Shown here: positions 56,439 through 60,093 of the stretch, piece after piece
How positions within the stretch are numbered: position 1 is the stretch's first letter
Layout: every line of letters starts with the position of its first letter
NCBI GenBank assembly: GCA_018657585.1
Contig: JABHWX010000108.1
Span: 1 to 60,093, forward strand
DNA: 60,093 nt
Source: Phycisphaerae bacterium
Lineage (GTDB): Bacteria; Planctomycetota; Phycisphaerae; Phycisphaerales; SM1A02
Direction: 5' to 3'
The notes under the pieces: model-generated
Told to the model about the DNA's origin: nothing
The model's database searches: none
What the model saw: only the letters and a program-made list of their open reading frames with translations
Made by a program: the position numbers and the translations under genes

Positions 56439-58231
56439 AGCAAGTCTGGAGCACCAACCGTACCACTTTTCCACTTTGGAACAAGTCTCCCGTCAATGGT
56501 AAGTTTTGGAATACCACGACGGTCAACTTGGTTTTTAGAAAGAATATCAACACGCATTCTGTTGCTTACTTCAGCGCTATCCATCACATCTTTAATTGTT
56601 TGAACACCCACCCCGGCCACCAAAGCGGCTTGGCTTGTTGCCAAATCCAGATTTACTGGTGATGGCTGTGTAATAATCCAATCATGAATGTTCCACCTCT
56701 TTTCATCCCCCCCAACTACACCAACAGCCTCAACAAGTTTAGAAAGATAACAAGACCCCTCATACTTGTTTAAATATCCAGAAACACCACCGTTGCAAGA
56801 ATCATCTATTGGAAAATAACGAAAAGCGTATGTAACATTTTCATTTTTTTGTGCAAGAGACTTAATCTCACCATAAAGCTCTCTTGTAAAAGATTCTTGA
56901 TAATCGCCCCACATTACCACCCTTACATCTCCCTGGCCACGCCAACCCAACCCCTCGCTACCAGGAACAGCAACCACCTTTCCGCGCCGCCAATCCTCAA
57001 ACATCTTGTCGTCCGCACTTGGAGGAGCGACAACACCAGCACCCCCCCCAGAAATAGACCTAGCGGCTCTGTCGACCAACGAAGCAATGGACTCCTGTTG
57101 ACCCCTGTAATACCACAAATATTCAACCCCATTGATAAAAATCATTGGGGTAAAAGATATGCCGAGCTGAATTGCATCATCTACATCTTCTTTTACCAAC
57201 TGCAGTGTTTTGTCGCCCATCATCAACGAAATAAATTCTGTTGGGTTAAACCCCAACCTTACAAGATCTGCACTAAAGGTTTGATCTGTGAACCTTCCTT
57301 CCTCTTCAAACAACCAGTGGTGCATGCGCTCCCAACCATCCTCCCCCCCAAGGATTGCCGCTGCTTCTGAAGCCCTTGCCGCCCAACAAGCATTCCCGTG
57401 CATTGTTCTTCCATTCATAAACGTATTACAATCGGCACACATTGGAAAGTGTTTTACAGAAAGAGAAACATCATCTCGGTCTTCTACCACCTTTATAAGC
57501 TTGACCTCATAACTCTTACAGTCTGGGCACTGGTAGTCTGTAAAAATAACAATTTGGACAGGCGCATCTTTTGGACCGATGGTGTGAGAGGAATCAAGAA
57601 GGGAAAGAGTGGATTGGTCGCTGGTCCCATGGATAATTTTTTGCACATTTTCCTTACCGGCCTCCTCTTCCGTTTTCTCTTGGGTTGCACCAACAAAAAA
57701 TTGAACAATCCACAGAATTGCAGAGATAGAAATAAACAAAAACAAAAAGTGGACAAACACGTAACCAACAGAAGCCCCGCCAGAGCAACTAGATTTTCTT
57801 CTAGAAAGCTCTACAACTAACCAAAAACTAATATTGCACAGGTGAGCAACTGCGCACCAAACACAAAAATGTCCAACAAAAAACATAACAACAAAAAATC
57901 CAACAGAGCCAAGCACTCCAATGCGGACCAAATACACAAAACTTTTTAAGGAAGATATAGACCCAATCCACGAAACCAACAGAGAAACAAACCACGCAAC
58001 CCCAATAAACGAAACGGGCCACACCAACACAGGAACGCTTCCCCAGGGCCCATTCGCAATTGCGTCGCAGCCACTATCCAACCCACATCCAGGAGCGTAT
58101 GTGTACAGGCCAAGTTTTGTTCCAGCAAGCACAAGCGAGGCAGCAATGGAACCCATTAAAAAAAGCGATCCAAGAACAACACAAGCGGAGTTCCTACTCT
58201 GTTTCACAACATTTATTTCTTCGGTATTCAT
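56393..58231 (-). CDS. VKOR-like membrane oxidoreductase fused to two DsbA/thioredoxin-like domains
   Basis: VKOR loop cysteines APGCGLDSGC plus membrane CxxC GHFCVWCAVAHL. The first Trx-like domain has an active CPDC (FTDYQCPDCK). In the second, the equivalent position is degenerate (WGDYQESFT). Confidence 0.85.
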   Translation of the reverse strand: MNTEEINVVKQSRNSACVVLGSLFLMGSIAASLVLAGTKLGLYTYAPGCGLDSGCDAIANGPWGSVPVLVWPVSFIGVAWFVSLLVSWIGSISSLKSFVYLVRIGVLGSVGFFVVMFFVGHFCVWCAVAHLCNISFWLVVELSRRKSSCSGGASVGYVFVHFLFLFISISAILWIVQFFVGATQEKTEEEAGKENVQKIIHGTSDQSTLSLLDSSHTIGPKDAPVQIVIFTDYQCPDCKSYEVKLIKVVEDRDDVSLSVKHFPMCADCNTFMNGRTMHGNACWAARASEAAAILGGEDGWERMHHWLFEEEGRFTDQTFSADLVRLGFNPTEFISLMMGDKTLQLVKEDVDDAIQLGISFTPMIFINGVEYLWYYRGQQESIASLVDRAARSISGGGAGVVAPPSADDKMFEDWRRGKVVAVPGSEGLGWRGQGDVRVVMWGDYQESFTRELYGEIKSLAQKNENVTYAFRYFPIDDSCNGGVSGYLNKYEGSCYLSKLVEAVGVVGGDEKRWNIHDWIITQPSPVNLDLATSQAALVAGVGVQTIKDVMDSAEVSNRMRVDILSKNQVDRRGIPKLTIDGRLVPKWKSGTVGAPDLLQGIVDEVVSTGSNK

Positions 58232-58233
58232 AA

Positions 58234-60063
58234 TTACATTTGCTCTGGAGTTTCAATTCCTAACACATCTAAACCATCTGTAATAACCCTTCCGGTTAAC
58301 TCAGCAATCCGTAGCCGCGAGTTAATTAAAATCGGGTTATCTGCCTTTAAGACTGGGCATGATTGATAAAAAGAACTGAACATTTCGGTTAATTCAAACA
58401 ACCACGTACATAATCGGTGTGGTTCAAGATTTTTTACAGTATCCACTAAAACGCTGTCGTATTGTAATAATTGCAACGCAAGAAGCCTTTCTTGTGGTTC
58501 TCCAAGCACAAACGGCGCCTCTTTTTGCTTTCCACCGCCCTTTTGAAGGAGGGACGAAATACGAGCGGCAGCGTATTGAATATATGGTCCGGTGTTGCCC
58601 TCAAAAGCCACCATTCTGTCCATATCAAAAACATAGTCCCGAACAAGATCGCTCGACAAATCGGCATATTTAATAGCACCAATTCCTATCTGTCGTCCAA
58701 TTGCCGAAAGGGCATCCTCATCCATGTTGTGTGTTGGTGATTTTGGGTTTTGCGACCTTTTTATAACCTCATCCGTACCCTTTTTTATCGCTTCTTCAAG
58801 CAACGATTGCAACGTTACATTAGAACCGCTTCTTGTTTTTAGCGGTTTTTTATCATCACCCAACACAGAACCAAACGGAATATGCACAAGGTCGACATCT
58901 TTTCCATCCGGTGTTTTGTCCCAACCAATCAATCTGGCGGCATCAAACAAATCTTTAAAATGATCTCGTTGCCTTGCGTCCACCACATAAATAACTGTGT
59001 CCGCACACAACTCTTGGGTTCTGAACCTAATTGCCGCAAGGTCGGTTGTGGCATATAAGAATCCCCCATCAGACTTTTTAATTAACATTGGTCGTTCCCG
59101 GTTTTTAAACCGTATAACAATTGCACCCCCATCCTCTTCTGCAAGCCCATTTTCTTGGAACTCCGAAACTACACCCCCCAACAAATCCCCGTAAAAAGAC
59201 TCACCCCGGCTATGTTCTGGACCAATTTTTACATGAAGTAGGTCCAGTGATTCAAACACCGATTTCATCGTGCAATCAATAAGTTTTTGCCACCCATTAA
59301 GAAGATCACTATCTCCATGTTGCAACGCATTCAATACCAGTTTTGCTTTTCCTTGAGCGTCAATAGCCCCACTATTTTGTTCTTCTAGCTCAACAAATCG
59401 GTGTGGGCCTGATTGTAGTTTTTCCGCAGACCGCAAGCCACGAACGTCATCTCGTGCCTGAAGTTGCGCTTCTTTGTATGCAACATTAAGTTCGTCAAGC
59501 GACAGTGTGTCAAGGTTAATGTTTTGTGAAAGCAATCGTTCGAGCACCATTGCGATTGGGAGGCCCCAATCTCCAAGGTGATTTTCGCGAAAAACCCTTC
59601 GCCCAAACCTTTCGTGCAATCGAGCCAACGTGTCCCCAATAATGGTTGACCGCAAATGCCCAACGTGTAACTGTTTCGCGACGTTTACACCACATAAATC
59701 AATCACAACAGGATGTGAGTCTGGGTCAGGCTCTACCCCAAGATCACCCAAACTCATTTCGTCGAGTTGTTCAATAATGGCCTCATTGGTGATTTTAATA
59801 TTTATAAACCCCGGTCCGGCTACTTTGGCAGAGTCCACAACTCCGCCCCAATCCACAACCTCAAGAACCCTCTTCGCCAAATCTATTGGGCTTAGTTTAT
59901 TCCGTTTTCCAAGCCCCATTGCTCCATTTGCTTGAAAATCCCCATGCTCGGGGCTTTGTGATTTTTTAACCACAGGATCCACAGACTCCCAGGGCATTTC
60001 TAATACAACCCCGAACGCCCTTTGGAGCGACTCTTTAATGTTTGATTTAATAGCAATAGACAT
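58234..60063 (-). CDS. argS: Arginine--tRNA ligase
   Basis: Class I HIGH motif (AKQLHVGHLRS), a C-terminal DALR anticodon-binding region (QYAAARISS...), and an N-terminal Arg-tRNA synthetase additional domain. Confidence 0.95.
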   Translation of the reverse strand: MSIAIKSNIKESLQRAFGVVLEMPWESVDPVVKKSQSPEHGDFQANGAMGLGKRNKLSPIDLAKRVLEVVDWGGVVDSAKVAGPGFINIKITNEAIIEQLDEMSLGDLGVEPDPDSHPVVIDLCGVNVAKQLHVGHLRSTIIGDTLARLHERFGRRVFRENHLGDWGLPIAMVLERLLSQNINLDTLSLDELNVAYKEAQLQARDDVRGLRSAEKLQSGPHRFVELEEQNSGAIDAQGKAKLVLNALQHGDSDLLNGWQKLIDCTMKSVFESLDLLHVKIGPEHSRGESFYGDLLGGVVSEFQENGLAEEDGGAIVIRFKNRERPMLIKKSDGGFLYATTDLAAIRFRTQELCADTVIYVVDARQRDHFKDLFDAARLIGWDKTPDGKDVDLVHIPFGSVLGDDKKPLKTRSGSNVTLQSLLEEAIKKGTDEVIKRSQNPKSPTHNMDEDALSAIGRQIGIGAIKYADLSSDLVRDYVFDMDRMVAFEGNTGPYIQYAAARISSLLQKGGGKQKEAPFVLGEPQERLLALQLLQYDSVLVDTVKNLEPHRLCTWLFELTEMFSSFYQSCPVLKADNPILINSRLRIAELTGRVITDGLDVLGIETPEQM

Positions 60064-60093
60064 GTAGGTGCGTAGAATACATGCAATAACAAC

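Noticed and set aside
1-60093. Defence island, toxin-antitoxin module, retron, or secondary-metabolite cluster
   Set aside because: I looked for nucleases, helicases, reverse transcriptase, ATPase-plus-effector pairs, small adjacent ORF pairs and PKS/NRPS signatures on both strands and found none. The gene content is overwhelmingly core metabolism, envelope and information processing.

Overview
This is a dense, mostly housekeeping chromosomal segment of about 52 CDS with very short or overlapping intergenic spacers, centred on dnaA. Recognisable genes are gatB, pyrE, eno, System II cytochrome c biogenesis (ccsA plus a resB-like gene), prpB/prpC/hbd, rsmJ, an M16 peptidase pair, a polyprenyl synthase, an RNase Z-like gene, dnaA, trpD, lgt, holB, comEC and argS. 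Gene content suggests a PVC-type, Planctomycetota-like bacterium of roughly 45% GC; this is inference only. The supporting traits are an ECF sigma factor paired with a Hanks kinase, a dockerin-tagged M14 peptidase, a stand-alone alpha-CTD protein, many FAQ-type signal peptides, and tRNA genes without encoded CCA. RNA genes are tRNA-Cys(GCA), tRNA-Ala(UGC) and one non-canonical tRNA-like element. I found no transposase, integrase, CRISPR array, rRNA or recognisable defence genes, and no convincing novel multi-gene system. Four loci deserve a second look. (1) A tRNA-shaped element with an aberrant anticodon region forms the leader of an RNase Z-like gene that abuts dnaA. (2) A DnaA-box cluster lies downstream of dnaA and is a candidate oriC. 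(3) A 280-bp tract after tRNA-Cys contains perfect hairpins, a perfect 73-bp direct repeat and a 14-nt copy of the tRNA 3' end. (4) One protein fuses TPR repeats to two RNA polymerase alpha-CTD domains. One real CDS at the left edge (a porin-like protein, reverse strand, nt 1-780) is missing from the supplied ORF track because it runs off the window. All functional calls come from reading motifs by eye; no database search was run.
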